From: Eledone cirrhosa | Taxonomy: Eukaryota | Assembly (NCBI GenBank): GCA_964016885.1 | Contig: CAXHJY010000105.1 | Span: 558,001-622,000, forward strand | Reading direction: 5' to 3' | DNA length: 64,000 bases | Shown: positions 15,501 through 30,400 of the stretch, piece by piece | Layout of the letters: every line of letters starts with the position of its first letter | Numbering within the stretch: the stretch's first letter is position 1 | The notes under the pieces: model-generated | Database searches by the model: none | What the model saw: only the letters and a program-made list of their open reading frames with translations | What the model was told of the DNA's origin: nothing | Program-made: the position numbers and the translations under genes

Positions 15501-18500
15501 ATAGGGATACAGAACCCTTGACCTAACAGGGATACAGAACACTTGACCTAACATAAGGATACAGAACCCTTGACCTAACATAAGTATACAGAACCCTTGA
15601 CCTAACATAATGATACAGAACACTTGACCTAACATAAGGATACAGAACCCTTGACCTAACATAAGGATACAAAACACTTGACCTAACATAAGGATACAAA
15701 ACCCTTGACCTAACATAAGGATACAGAAGAATTGACCTAACATAAGGATACAGAACCCTTGACCTGACATAAGTATACAGAACACTTGACCTAACATAAG
15801 GATACAGAACACTTGACCTAACATAAGGATACAGAACACCTGAGCTAACAAGGATACAGAACACTTGACCTAACATAATGATACAGAACCCTTGACCTAA
15901 CATAAGGATACAGAACACCTGACCTCACATTAGGATACAGAACACTTGACCTAACATAAGGATACAGAACACTTGACCTAACATAAGGATACAGAACACT
16001 TGACCTAACATAAGGATACAGAACCCTTGACCTAACATAAGGATACAGAACACCTGACCTCACATTAGGATACAGAACACTTGACCTAACATAAGGATAC
16101 AGAACACTTGACCTAACATAAGGATACAGAACCCTTGACCTAACATAAGGATACAGAACCCTTGACCTAACGTAAGGCTACAAAACACTTGACCTAACAT
16201 AAGGATACAAAACCCTTGACCTAACATAAGGATACAGAAGAATTGACCTAACATAAGGATACAGAACCCTTGACCTAACATAAGGATACAGAACACCTGA
16301 CCTCACATTAGAATACAGAACACTTGACCTAACAAGGATACAGAATACTTGACCTAACATAAGGATACAGAACACTTGACCTAACATAAGGATACAGAAC
16401 ACCTGACCTCACATTAGAATACAGAACACCTGACCTAACAAGGATACAGAATACTTGACCTAACATAAGGATACAGAACACTTGACCTAACATAAGGATA
16501 CAGAACACTTGACCTAACATAAGGATACAGAACACTTGACCTAACATAAGGATACAGAACCCTTGACCTAACATAAGGATACAGAACACTTGACCTAACA
16601 TAAGGATACAAAACACTTGACCTAACATAAGGATACAGAACCCTTGACCTAACATAAGGATACAGAACACCTGACCTCACATTAGGATACAGAACACTTG
16701 ACCTAACATAAGGATACAGAACACTTGACCTAACAAGGATACAGAACACTTGACCTAACATAAGGATACAGAACCCTTGACCTAACGTAAGGCTACAAAA
16801 CACTTGACCTAACATAAGGATACAAAACACTTGACCTAACATAAGGATACAGAACCCTTGACCTAACATAAGGATACAGAACACCTGACCTCACATTAGG
16901 ATACAGAACACTTGACCTAACATAAGGATACAGAACACTTGACCTAACAAGGATACAGAACACTTGACCTAACATAAGGATACAGAACCCTTGACCTAAC
17001 GTAAGGCTACAAAACACTTGACCTAACATAAGGATACAAAACACTTGACCTAACATAAGGATACAGAACCCTTGACCTAACATAAGGATACAGAACACCT
17101 GACCTCACATTAGGATACAGAACACTTGACCTAACATAAAGTTACAGAACACTTGACCTAACATAAGGATACAGAACCCTTGACCTAACAAGTATACAGA
17201 ACACTTGACCTAACATAAGGATACAGAACCCTTGACCTAACATAATGATACAGAACACTTGACCTGACATAAGGATACAGAACACTTGACCTAACAAGGA
17301 TACAGAAGAATTGACCTAACATAAGGATACAGAACCCTTGACCTAACATAGGGATACAGAACACTTGACCTAACATAAGGATACAAAACACTTGACCTAA
17401 CATAAGGATACAAAACACTTGACCTAACATAAGGATACAAAACACTTGACCTAACATAGGGATATAGGGATACAGAACCCTTGACCTAACATAAGGATAC
17501 AGAACCCTTGACCTAACATAAGGATACAGAACCCTTGACCTAACATAAGGATACAGAACCCTTGACCTAACATAAGGATACAGAAGAATTGACCTAACAT
17601 AAGGATACAGAACACTTGACCTAACATAAGGATACAGAACCCTTGACCTAACATAAGGATACAGAAGAATTGACCTAACATAACCATACAGAACACTTGA
17701 CCTAACGTAAGGATACAGAACACCTGACATAACATAAGGATACAGAACAACTTACCTGACATAAGGATACAGAACACTTGACTTAACGTAAGGATACAGA
17801 ACACTTGACCTAACGTAAGGATACAGAACACTTGACCTAACATAAGGATACAAAACCCTTGACCTAACATAAGGTTACAGAACACTTGACCTAACATAAG
17901 GATACAAAACCCTTGACAAAACATAAGGATACAGAACACCTGACCTCACATTAGGATACAGAACACTTGACCTAACATAAGGATACAGAACACTTGACCT
18001 AACATAACGATACAGAACACTTGACCTAACATAAGGATACAGAACCCTTGACCTAACGTAAGGATACAAAACACTTGACCTAACATAAGGATACAAAACA
18101 CTTGCCCTAACATAGGGATACAGAACCCTTGACCTAACAGGGATACAGAACACTTGACCTAACATAAGGATACAGAACCCTTGACCTAACATAAGTATAC
18201 AGAACCCTTGACCTAACATAATGATACAGAACACTTGACCTAACATAAGGATACAGAACCCTTGACCTAACATAAGGATACAAAACACTTGACCTAACAT
18301 AAGGATACAAAACCCTTGACCTAACATAAGGATACAGAAGAATTGACCTAACATAAGGATACAGAACCCTTGACCTGACATAAGTATACAGAACACTTGA
18401 CCTAACATAAGGATACAGAACACTTGACCTAACATAAGGATACAGAACACCTGAGCTAACAAGGATACAGAACACTTGACCTAACATAATGATACAGAAC

Positions 18501-19900
18501 CCTTGACCTAACATAAGGATACAGAACACCTGACCTCACATTAGGATACAGAACACTTGACCTAACATAAGGATACAGAACACTTGACCTAACATAAGGA
18601 TACAGAACACTTGACCTAACATAAGGATACAGAACCCTTGACCTAACGTAAGGCTACAAAACACTTGACCTAACATAAGGATACAAAACACTTGACCTAA
18701 CATAAGGATACAGAACACTTGACCTAACATAAGGATACAGAACACCTGACCTCACATTAGGATACAGAACACTTGACCTAACATAAGGATACAGAACACT
18801 TGACCTAACATAAGGATACAGAACACTTGACCTAACATAAGGATACAGAACCCTTGACCTAACGTAAGGCTACAAAACACTTGACCTAACATAAGGATAC
18901 AAAACCCTTGACCTAACATAAGGATACAGAAGAATTGACCTAACATAAGGATACAGAACCCTTCACCTGACATAAGTATACAGAACACTTGACCTAACAT
19001 AAGGATACAGAACACTTGACCTAACATAAGGATACAGAACACCTGACCTAACAAGGATACAGAATACTTGACCTAACATAAGGATACAGAACCCTTGACC
19101 TAACATAAGGATACAGAACACCTGACCTCACATTAGAATACAGAACACTTGACCTAACATAAGGATACAGAACACTTGACCTAACATAAGGATACAGAAC
19201 ACTTGACCTAACATAAGGATACAGAACCCTTGACCTAACATAAGGCTACAAAACACTTGACCTAACATAAGGATACAAAACACTTGACCTAACATAAGGA
19301 TACAGAACCCTTGACCTAACATAAGGATACAGAACACCTGACCTCACATTAGGATACAGAACACTTGACCTAACATAAGGATACAGAACACTTGACCTAA
19401 CAAGGATACAGAACACTTGACCTAACATAAGGATACAGAACCCTTGACCTAACGTAAGGCTACAAAACACTTGACCTAACATAAGGATACAAAACACTTG
19501 ACCTAACATAAGGATACAGAACCCTTGACCTAACATAAGGATACAGAACACCTGACCTAACATAAGGATACAGAACCCCTGACCTCACATAAGGATACAG
19601 AACACCTGACCTCACATTAGGATACAGAACACTTGACCTAACATAAAGTTACAGAACACTTGACCTAACATAAGGATACAGAACCCTTGACCTAACAAGT
19701 ATACAGAACACTTGACCTAACATAAGGATACAGAACCCTTGACCTAACATAATGATACAGAACACTTGACCTGACATAAGGATACAGAACACTTGACCTA
19801 ACAAGGATACAGAAGAATTGACCTAACATAAGGATACAGAACCCTTGACCTAACATAGGGATACAGAACACTTGACCTAACATAAGGATACAAAACACTT
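9600..19900. repeat. Tandem ~5.1-5.3 kb higher-order duplication; core ~11950-14760 repeated at ~17040-19850 (offset 5089)
   Basis: ORF pairs 12096/17185, 12786/17875, 13447/18536, 13663/18752 and 14157/19246 are all offset 5089. Upstream pairs are offset 5170-5303. Shared rare variants include CCTTCACCTG (13871/18960). Confidence 0.9.
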
Positions 19901-20799
19901 GACCTAACATAAGGATACAAAACACTTGACCTAACATAAGGATACAGAACACTTGACCTAACATAGGGATACAGAACACTTGATCTAACATAAGGATACA
20001 GAACCCTTGACCTAACATAAGGATACAGAACCCTTGACCTAACGTAAGGATACAAAACACTTCACCTGACATATGGATACAGAACCCTTGACCTAACAAG
20101 GATACAGAACACTTGACCTAACATAAGGATACAGAACACTTGACCTAACATAAGGATACAGAACACTTGACCTAACATAAGGATACAGAACCCTTGACCT
20201 AACATAAGGATACAGAAGAATTGACCTAACATAACCATACAGAACACTTGACCTAACATAAGGATACAGAACACCTGACATAACATAAGGATACAGAACA
20301 ACTTACCTGACATAAGGATACAGAACACTTGACTTAACGTAAGGATACAGAACACTTGACCTAACGTAAGGATACAGAACACTTGACCTAACATAAGGAT
20401 ACAAAACCCTTGACCTAACATAAGGTTACAGAACACTTGACCTAACATAAGGATACAAAACCCTTGACAAAACATAAGGATACAGAACACCTGACCTCAC
20501 ATTAGGATACAGAACACTTGACCTAACATAAGGATACAGAACACTTGACCTAACATAAGGATACAGAACACTTGACCTAACATAAGGATACAGAACCCTT
20601 GACCTAACGTAAGGATACAAAACACTTGACCTAACATAAGGATACAAAACACTTGACCTAACATAGGGATACAGAACCCTTGACCTAACAGGGATACAGA
20701 ACACTTGACCTAACATAAGGATACAGAACCCTTGACCTAACATAAGTATACAGAACCCTTGACCTAACATAATGATACAGAACACTTGACCTAACATAA

Positions 20800-23700
20800 G
20801 GATACAGAACCCTTGACCTAACCTAAGGATACAAAACACTTGACCTAACATAAGGATACAAAACCCTTGACCTAACATAAGGATACAGAAGAATTGACCT
20901 AACATAAGGATACAGAACCCTTGACCTGACATAAGTATACAGAACACTTGACCTAACATAAGGATACAGAACACTTGACCTAACATAAGGATACAGAACA
21001 CCTGAGCTAACAAGGATACAGAACACTTGACCTAACATAATGATACAGAACCCTTGACCTAACATAAGGATACAGAACACCTGACCTCACATTAGGATAC
21101 AGAACACTTGACCTAACATAAGGATACAGAACACTTGACCTAACATAAGGATACAGAACACTTGACCTAACATAAGGATACAGAACCCTTGACCTAACGT
21201 AAGGCTACAAAACACTTGACCTAACATAAGGATACAAAACACTTGACCTAACATAAGGATACAGAACACTTGACCTAACATAAGGATACAGAACACCTGA
21301 CCTCACATTAGGATACAGAACACTTGACCTAACATAAGGATACAGAACACTTGACCTAACATAAGGATACAGAACACTTGACCTAACATAAGGATACAGA
21401 ACCCTTGACCTAACGTAAGGCTACAAAACACTTGACCTAACATAAGGATACAAAACCCTTGACCTAACATAAGGATACAGAAGAATTGACCTAACATAAG
21501 GATACAGAACCCTTGACCTGACATAAGTATACAGAACACTTGACCTAACATAAGGATACAGAACACTTGACCTAACATAAGGATACAGAACACCTGACCT
21601 AACAAGGATACAGAATACTTGACCTAACATAAGGATACAGAACCCTTGACCTAACATAAGGATACAGAACACCTGACCTCACATTAGAATACAGAACACT
21701 TGACCTAACATAAGGATACAGAACACTTGACCTAACATAAGGATACAGAACACTTGACCTAACATAAGGATACAGAACCCTTGACCTAACATAAGGCTAC
21801 AAAACACTTGACCTAACATAAGGATACAAAACACTTGACCTAACATAAGGATACAGAACCCTTGACCTAACATAAGGATACAGAACACCTGACCTCACAT
21901 TAGGATACAGAACACTTGACCTAACATAAGGATACAGAACACTTGACCTAACAAGGATACAGAACACTTGACCTAACATAAGGATACAGAACCCTTGACC
22001 TAACGTAAGGCTACAAAACACTTGACCTAACATAAGGATACAAAACACTTGACCTAACATAAGGATACAGAACCCTTGACCTAACATAAGGATACAGAAC
22101 ACCTGACCTCACATTAGGATACAGAACACTTGACCTAACATAAAGTTACAGAACACTTGACCTAACATAAGGATACAGAACACGTGACCTAACATAAAGA
22201 TACAGAACACTTGACCTGACATAAGGATACAGAACCCTTGACCTAACAAGGATACAGAACACTTGACCTAACATAAGGATAGGGAACACTTGACCTAACA
22301 TAAGGATACAGAACACTTGACCTAACATAAGGATACAGAACCCTTGACCAAACAAGGATACAGAACACTTGACCTAACATAAGGATACAGAACACTTGAC
22401 CTAAATATAAGGATACAGAACACTTGACCTGACATAAGGATACAGAACAGTTGACCTAACATAAGGATGCAAAACACTTGACCTAACAAGGATACAGAAC
22501 ACTTGACCTAACATAAGGATACAGAACACTTGACCTAACATAAGGATACAGAACATTTGACCTAACATAAGGATACAGAACCCTTGACCTAACATAAGGA
22601 TACAGAACTCTTGATCTAACATAAGGATACAGAAGACTTGACCTAACATAACCATACAGAACACTTGACCTAACATAAGGATACAGAACACCTGACCTAA
22701 CATAAGGATACAGATCACCGGACCTAACGAGCATACAGAACACCTGACCTAACATAAGGATACAGAACACCTGACCTGACATAAGGATACAGAACACTTG
22801 ACTTAACGTAAGGATACAGAACACTTGACTTAACGTAAGGATACAGAACACTTGACTTAACGTAAGGATACAGAACACTTGACCTAACATAAGGATACAA
22901 AACCCTTGACCTAACATAAGGATACAGAAGAATTGACCTAACATAAGGATACAGAACCCTTGACCTAACATAGGTATACAGAACACTTGACCTAACATAA
23001 GGATACAAAACACTTGACCTAACATAAGGATACAAAACACTTGACCTAACATAAGGATACAAAACACTTGACCTAACATAGGGATATAGGGATACAGAAC
23101 CCTTGACCTAACATAGGGATACAGAACACTTGATCTAACATAAGGATACAGAACCCTTGACCTAACATAAGGATACAGAACCCTTGACCTAACGTAAGGA
23201 TACAAAACACTTCACCTGACATATGGATACAGAACCCTTGACCTAACAAGGATACAGAACACTTGACCTAACATAAGGATACAGAACACTTGACCTAACA
23301 TAAGGATACAGAACACTTGACCTAACATAAGGATACAGAACCCTTGACCTAACATAAGGATACAGAAGAATTGACCTAACATAACCATACAGAACACTTG
23401 ACCTAACATAAGGATACAGAACACCTGACATAACATAAGGATACAGAACAACTTACCTGACATAAGGATACAGAACACTTGACTTAACGTAAGGATACAG
23501 AACACTTGACCTAACGTAAGGATACAGAACACTTGACCTAACATAAGGATACAAAACCCTTGACCTAACATAAGGTTACAGAACACTTGACCTAACATAA
23601 GGATACAAAACCCTTGACAAAACATAAGGATACAGAACACCTGACCTCACATTAGGATACAGAACACTTGACCTAACATAAGGATACAGAACACTTGACC

Positions 23701-23900
23701 TAACATAAGGATACAGAACACTTGACCTAACATAAGGATACAGAACCCTTGACCTAACGTAAGGATACAAAACACTTGACCTAACATAAGGATACAAAAC
23801 ACTTGCCCTAACATAGGGATACAGAACCCTTGACCTAACAGGGATACAGAACACTTGACCTAACATAAGGATACAGAACCCTTGACCTAACATAAGTATA
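20800..23900. repeat. Distant copy of block ~7.2-10.3 kb (offset 13615-13616)
   Basis: ORF pairs 7471/21087, 8182/21797, 8531/22146, 8786/22401 and 9597/23212. Both copies carry CCTAACCTAAGG (7201/20817). Confidence 0.9.
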
Positions 23901-26900
23901 CAGAACCCTTGACCTAACATAATGATACAGAACACTTGACCTAACATAAGGATACAAAACACTTGACCTAACATAAGGATACAAAACCCTTGACCTAACA
24001 TAAGTATACAGAACCCTTGACCTAACATAAGGATACAAAACACTTGACCTAACATAAGGATACAGAACCCTTGACCTAACATAAGTATACAGAACCCTTG
24101 ACCTAACATAATGATACAGAACACCTGACCTCACATTAGGATACAGAACACTTGACCTAACATAAGGATACAGAACACTTGACCTAACATAAGGATACAG
24201 AACACTTGACCTAACATAAGGATACAGAACCCTTGACCTAACATAAGGATACAAAACACTTGACCTAACATAAGGATACAAAACCCTTGACCTAACATAA
24301 GGATACAGAAGAATTGACCTAACATAAGGATACAGAACCCTTGACCTGACATAAGTATACAGAACACTTGACCTAACATAAGGATACAGAACACTTGACC
24401 TAACATAAGGATACAGAACACCTGAGCTAACAAGGATACAGAACACTTGACCTAACATAATGATACAGAACCCTTGACCTAACATAAGGATACAGAACAC
24501 CTGACCTCACATTAGGATACAGAACACTTGACCTAACATAAGGATACAGAACACTTGACCTAACATAAGGATACAGAACACTTGACCTAACATAAGGATA
24601 CAGAACCCTTGACCTAACGTAAGGCTACAAAACACTTGACCTAACATAAGGATACAAAACACTTGACCTAACATAAGGATACAGAACACTTGACCTAACA
24701 TAAGGATACAGAACACCTGACCTCACATTAGGATACAGAACACTTGACCTAACATAAGGATACAGAACACTTGACCTAACATAAGGATACAGAACACTTG
24801 ACCTAACATAAGGATACAGAACCCTTGACCTAACGTAAGGCTACAAAACACTTGACCTAACATAAGGATACAAAACCCTTGACCTAACATAAGGATACAG
24901 AAGAATTGACCTAACATAAGGATACAGAACCCTTGACCTGACATAAGTATACAGAACACTTGACCTAACATAAGGATACAGAACACTTGACCTAACATAA
25001 GGATACAGAACACCTGACCTAACAAGGATACAGAATACTTGACCTAACATAAGGATACAGAACCCTTGACCTAACATAAGGATACAGAACACCTGACCTC
25101 ACATTAGAATACAGAACACTTGACCTAACATAAGGATACAGAACACTTGACCTAACATAAGGATACAGAACACTTGACCTAACATAAGGATACAGAACCC
25201 TTGACCTAACATAAGGCTACAAAACACTTGACCTAACATAAGGATACAAAACACTTGACCTAACATAAGGATACAGAACCCTTGACCTAACATAAGGATA
25301 CAGAACACCTGACCTCACATTAGGATACAGAACACTTGACCTAACATAAGGATACAGAACACTTGACCTAACAAGGATACAGAACACTTGACCTAACATA
25401 AGGATACAGAACCCTTGACCTAACGTAAGGCTACAAAACACTTGACCTAACATAAGGATACAAAACACTTGACCTAACATAAGGATACAGAACCCTTGAC
25501 CTAACATAAGGATACAGAACACCTGACCTCACATTAGGATACAGAACACTTGACCTAACATAAAGTTACAGAACACTTGACCTAACATAAGGATACAGAA
25601 CCCTTGACCTAACAAGTATACAGAACACTTGACCTAACATAAGGATACAGAACCCTTGACCTAACATAATGATACAGAACACTTGACCTGACATAAGGAT
25701 ACAGAACACTTGACCTAACAAGGATACAGAACACTTGACCTAACATAAGGATACAGAACCCTTGACCTAACATAGGGATACAGAACTCTTGACCTAACAT
25801 AAGGATACAGAACATTTGACCTAACATAAGGATACAGAACACTTGACCTAACATAAGGATACAGAACACTTGACCTAACATAAGGATACAGAACACTTGA
25901 CCTAACATAAGGATACAGAACCCTTGACCTGACATAAGGATACAGAACACTTGACTTAACGTAAGGATACAGAACACTTGACCTAACGTAAGGATACAGA
26001 ACACTTGACCTGACATAAGGATACAAAACCCTTGACCTAACATAAGGATACAGAAGAATTGACCTAACATAAGGATACAGAACCCTTGACCTGACATAAG
26101 GATACAGAACACTTGACCTAACATAAGGATACAGAACACTTGACCTAACATAAGGATACAGAACACCTGACCTAACAAGGATACAGAACACTTGACCTAA
26201 CATAAGGATACAGAACCCATGACCTAACATAAGGATACAGAACACCTGACCTCACATTAGGATACAGAACACTTGACCTCACATAAGGATACAGAACACT
26301 TGACCTAACATAAGGATACAGAACACTTGACCTAACATAAGGATACAGAACCCTTGACCTAACATAAGGATACAAAACACTTGACCTAACATAAGGATAC
26401 AAAACACTTGACCTAACATAAGGATACAAAACACTTGACCTAACATAGGGATATAGGGATACAGAACCCTTGACCTAACATAGGGATACAGAACACTTGA
26501 CCTAACATAAGGATACAGAACCCTTGACCTAACATAAGGATACAGAACCCTTGACCTAACATAAGGATACAGAACCCTTGACCTAACGTAAGGATACAAA
26601 ACACTTGACCTAACATAAGGATACAAAACACTTGACCTAACATAGGGATACAGAACCCTTGACCTAACATAGGGATACAGAACACTTGACCTAACATAAG
26701 GATACAGAACCCTTGACCTAACATAAGGATAAAGAACCCTTGACCTAACATAGGGATACAGAACACTTGACCTATAAGGATACAAAACACTTGACCTAAC
26801 ATAAGGATACAAAACACTTGACCTAACATAAGGATACAAAACACTTGACCTAACATAGGGATACAGGGATACAGAACCCTTGACCTAACATAGGGATACA

Positions 26901-27499
26901 GAACACTTGACCTAACATAAGGATACAGAACCCTTGACCTAACATAAGGATACAGAACCCTTGACCTAACGTAAGGATACAAAACACTTGACCTGACATA
27001 AGGATACAGAACCCTTGACCTAACAAGGATACAGAACACTTGACCTAACATAAGGATACAGAAGAATTGACCTAACATAACCATACAGAACACTTGACCT
27101 AACATAAGGATACAGAACACCTGACATAACATAAGGATACAGAACAACTTACCTGACATAAGGATACAGAACACTTGACTTAACGTAAGGATACAGAACA
27201 CTTGACTTAACGTAAGGATACAGAACACTTGACCTAACGTAAGGATACAGAACACTTGACCTAACATAAGGATACAAAACCCTTGACCTAACATAAGGAT
27301 ACAGAAGAATTGACCTAACATAAGGATACAGAACCCTTGACCTGACATAAGGATACAGAACACTTGACCTAACATAAGGATACAGAACACTTGACCTAAC
27401 ATAAGGATACAGAACACCTGACCTAACAAGGATACAGAACACTTGACCTAACATAAGGATACAGAACACCTGACCTAACATAAGGATACAAAACCCTTG

Positions 27500-30400
27500 A
27501 CAAAACATAAGGATACAGAACACCTGACCTCACATTAGGATACAGAACACTTGACCTAACATAAGGATACAGAACACTTGACCTAACATAAGGATACAGA
27601 ATACTTGACCTAACATAAGGATACAGAACACTTGACCTAACGTAAGGATACAAAACACTTGACCTAACATAAGGATACAAAACACATGACCTAACATAGG
27701 GATACAGAACCCTTGACCTAACAGGGATACAGAACACTTGACCTAACATAAGGATACAGAACCCTTGACCTAACATAAGGATACAGAACCCTTGACCTAA
27801 CATAGGGATACAGAACACTTGACCTAACATAAGGATACAGAACCCTTGAGCTAACATAAGGATACAGAACCCTTGACCTAACATAAGGATACAGAACCCT
27901 TGACCTAACATAAGGATACAGAACACTTGACCTAACATAAGGATACAGAAACTTGACCTAACATAAGGATACAGAACACTTGACCTAATATAAGGATACA
28001 GAACACTTGACCTAACATAAGGATACAGAACACGTGACCTAACATAAAGATACAGAACACTTGACCTGACATAAGGATACAGAACACATGACCTAACATA
28101 AGGATACAGAACCCTTGACCTAACAAGGATACAGAACACTTGACCTAACAAAAGGATACAGAACACTTGACCTAACATAAGGATACAGAACACTTGACCT
28201 AAATATAATGATACAGAACACTTGACCTGACATAAGGATACAGAACACCTGACCTAACATAAGGATACAGAACACTTGACCTAACATAAGGATAGGGAAC
28301 ACTTGACCTAACATAAGGATACAGAACCCTTGACCTAACATAAGGATACAGAACACTTGCCCTAACATAAGGATACAGAACACGTGACCTAACATAAGGA
28401 TACAGAACACTTGACCTAAATATAATGATACAGAACACTTGACCTGACATAAGGATACAGAACCCTTGACCTAACATAAGGATACAGAACCCTTGACCTA
28501 AATATAAGGATACAGAACACTTGACCTGACATAAGGATACAGAACAGTTGACCTAACATAAGGATACAGAACACTTGACCTGACATAAGGATACAGAACC
28601 CTTGACCTAAATATAAGGATACAGAACACTTGACCTGACATAAGGATACAGAACAGTTGACCTAACATAAGGATACAGAACCCTTGACCTAACATAAGGA
28701 TGCAGAACACTTGACCTAACAAGGATACAGAACACTTGACCTAACATAAGGATACAGAACACTTGACCTAACATAAGGATACAGAACATTTGACCTAACA
28801 TAAGGATACAGAACCCTTGACCTAACATAAGGATACAGAACCCTTGACCTAACATAAGGATACAGAACCCTTGATCTAACATAAGGATACAGAAGACTTG
28901 ACCTAACATAACCATACAGAACACCTGACCTCACATTAGGATACAGAACACTTGACCTAACATAAGGATACAGAACACTTGACCTAACATAAGGATACAG
29001 AACACTTGACCTAACATAAGGATACAGAAACCTTGACCTAACGTAAGGATACAAAACACTTGACCTAACATAAGGATACAAAACACTTGACCTAACATAG
29101 GGATACAGAACCCTTGACCTAACAGGGATACAGAACACTTGACCTAACATAAGGATACAGAACCCTTGACCTAACATAAGGATACAGAACCCTTGACCTA
29201 ACATAATGATACAGAACACTTGACCTAACATAAGGATACAGAACCCTTGACCTAACGTAAGGATACAAAACACTTGACCTAACATAAGGATACAAAATAC
29301 TTGACCTAACATAGGGATACAGAACCCTTGACCTAACATAGGGATACAGAACACTTGACCTAACATAAGGATACAGAACCCTTGACCTAACATAAGGATA
29401 CAGAACCCTTGACCTAACATAAGGATACAGAACACTTGACCTAACATAAGGATACAGAAACTTGACCTAACATAAGGATACAGAACACTTGACCTAATAT
29501 AAGGATACAGAACACTTGACCTAACATAAGGATACAGAACACGTGACCTAACATAAAGATACAGAACACTTGACCTGACATAAGGATACAGAACACATGA
29601 CCTAACATAAGGATACAGAACCCTTGACCTAACAAGGATACAGAACACTTGACCTAACATAAGGATACAGAACACTTGACCTAACATAAGGATACAGAAC
29701 ACTTGACCTAAATATAATGATACAGAACACTTGACCTGACATAAGGATACAGAACACCTGACCTAACATAAGGATACAGAACACTTGACCTAACATAAGG
29801 ATAGGGAACACTTGACCTAACATAAGGATACAGAACCCTTGACCTAACATAAGGATACAGAACACTTGCCCTAACATAAGGATACAGAACACGTGACCTA
29901 ACATAAGGATACAGAACACTTGACCTAAATATAATGATACAGAACACTTGACCTGACATAAGGATACAGAAGCCTTGACCTAACATAAGGATACAGAACC
30001 CTTGACCTAAATATAAGGATACAGAACACTTGACCTGACATAAGGATACAGAACAGTTGACCTAACATAAGGATACAGAACACTTGACCTGACATAAGGA
30101 TACAGAACCCTTGACCTAAATATAAGGATACAGAACACTTGACCTGACATAAGGATACAGAACAGTTGACCTAACATAAGGATACAGAACCCTTGACGTA
30201 ACATAAGGATGCAGAACACTTGACCTAACAAGGATACAGAACACTTGACCTAACATAAGGATACAGAACACTTGACCTAACATAAGGATACAGAACATTT
30301 GACCTAACATAAGGATACAGAACCCATGACCTAACATAAGGATACAGAACCCTTGACCTAACATAAGGATACAGAACCCTTGATCTAACATAAGGATACA

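Larger units (their letters stand above)
1..27500. repeat. Array domain A: rich in CCTCACATTAGG and AACGTAAGGCTACAAAAC variants and in 35-bp monomers
   Basis: GGCTACAAAAC occurs from ~2244 to ~25430. Monomers with the 8-bp duplication occur from 968 to 26854 only. The right boundary is approximate. Confidence 0.85.
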
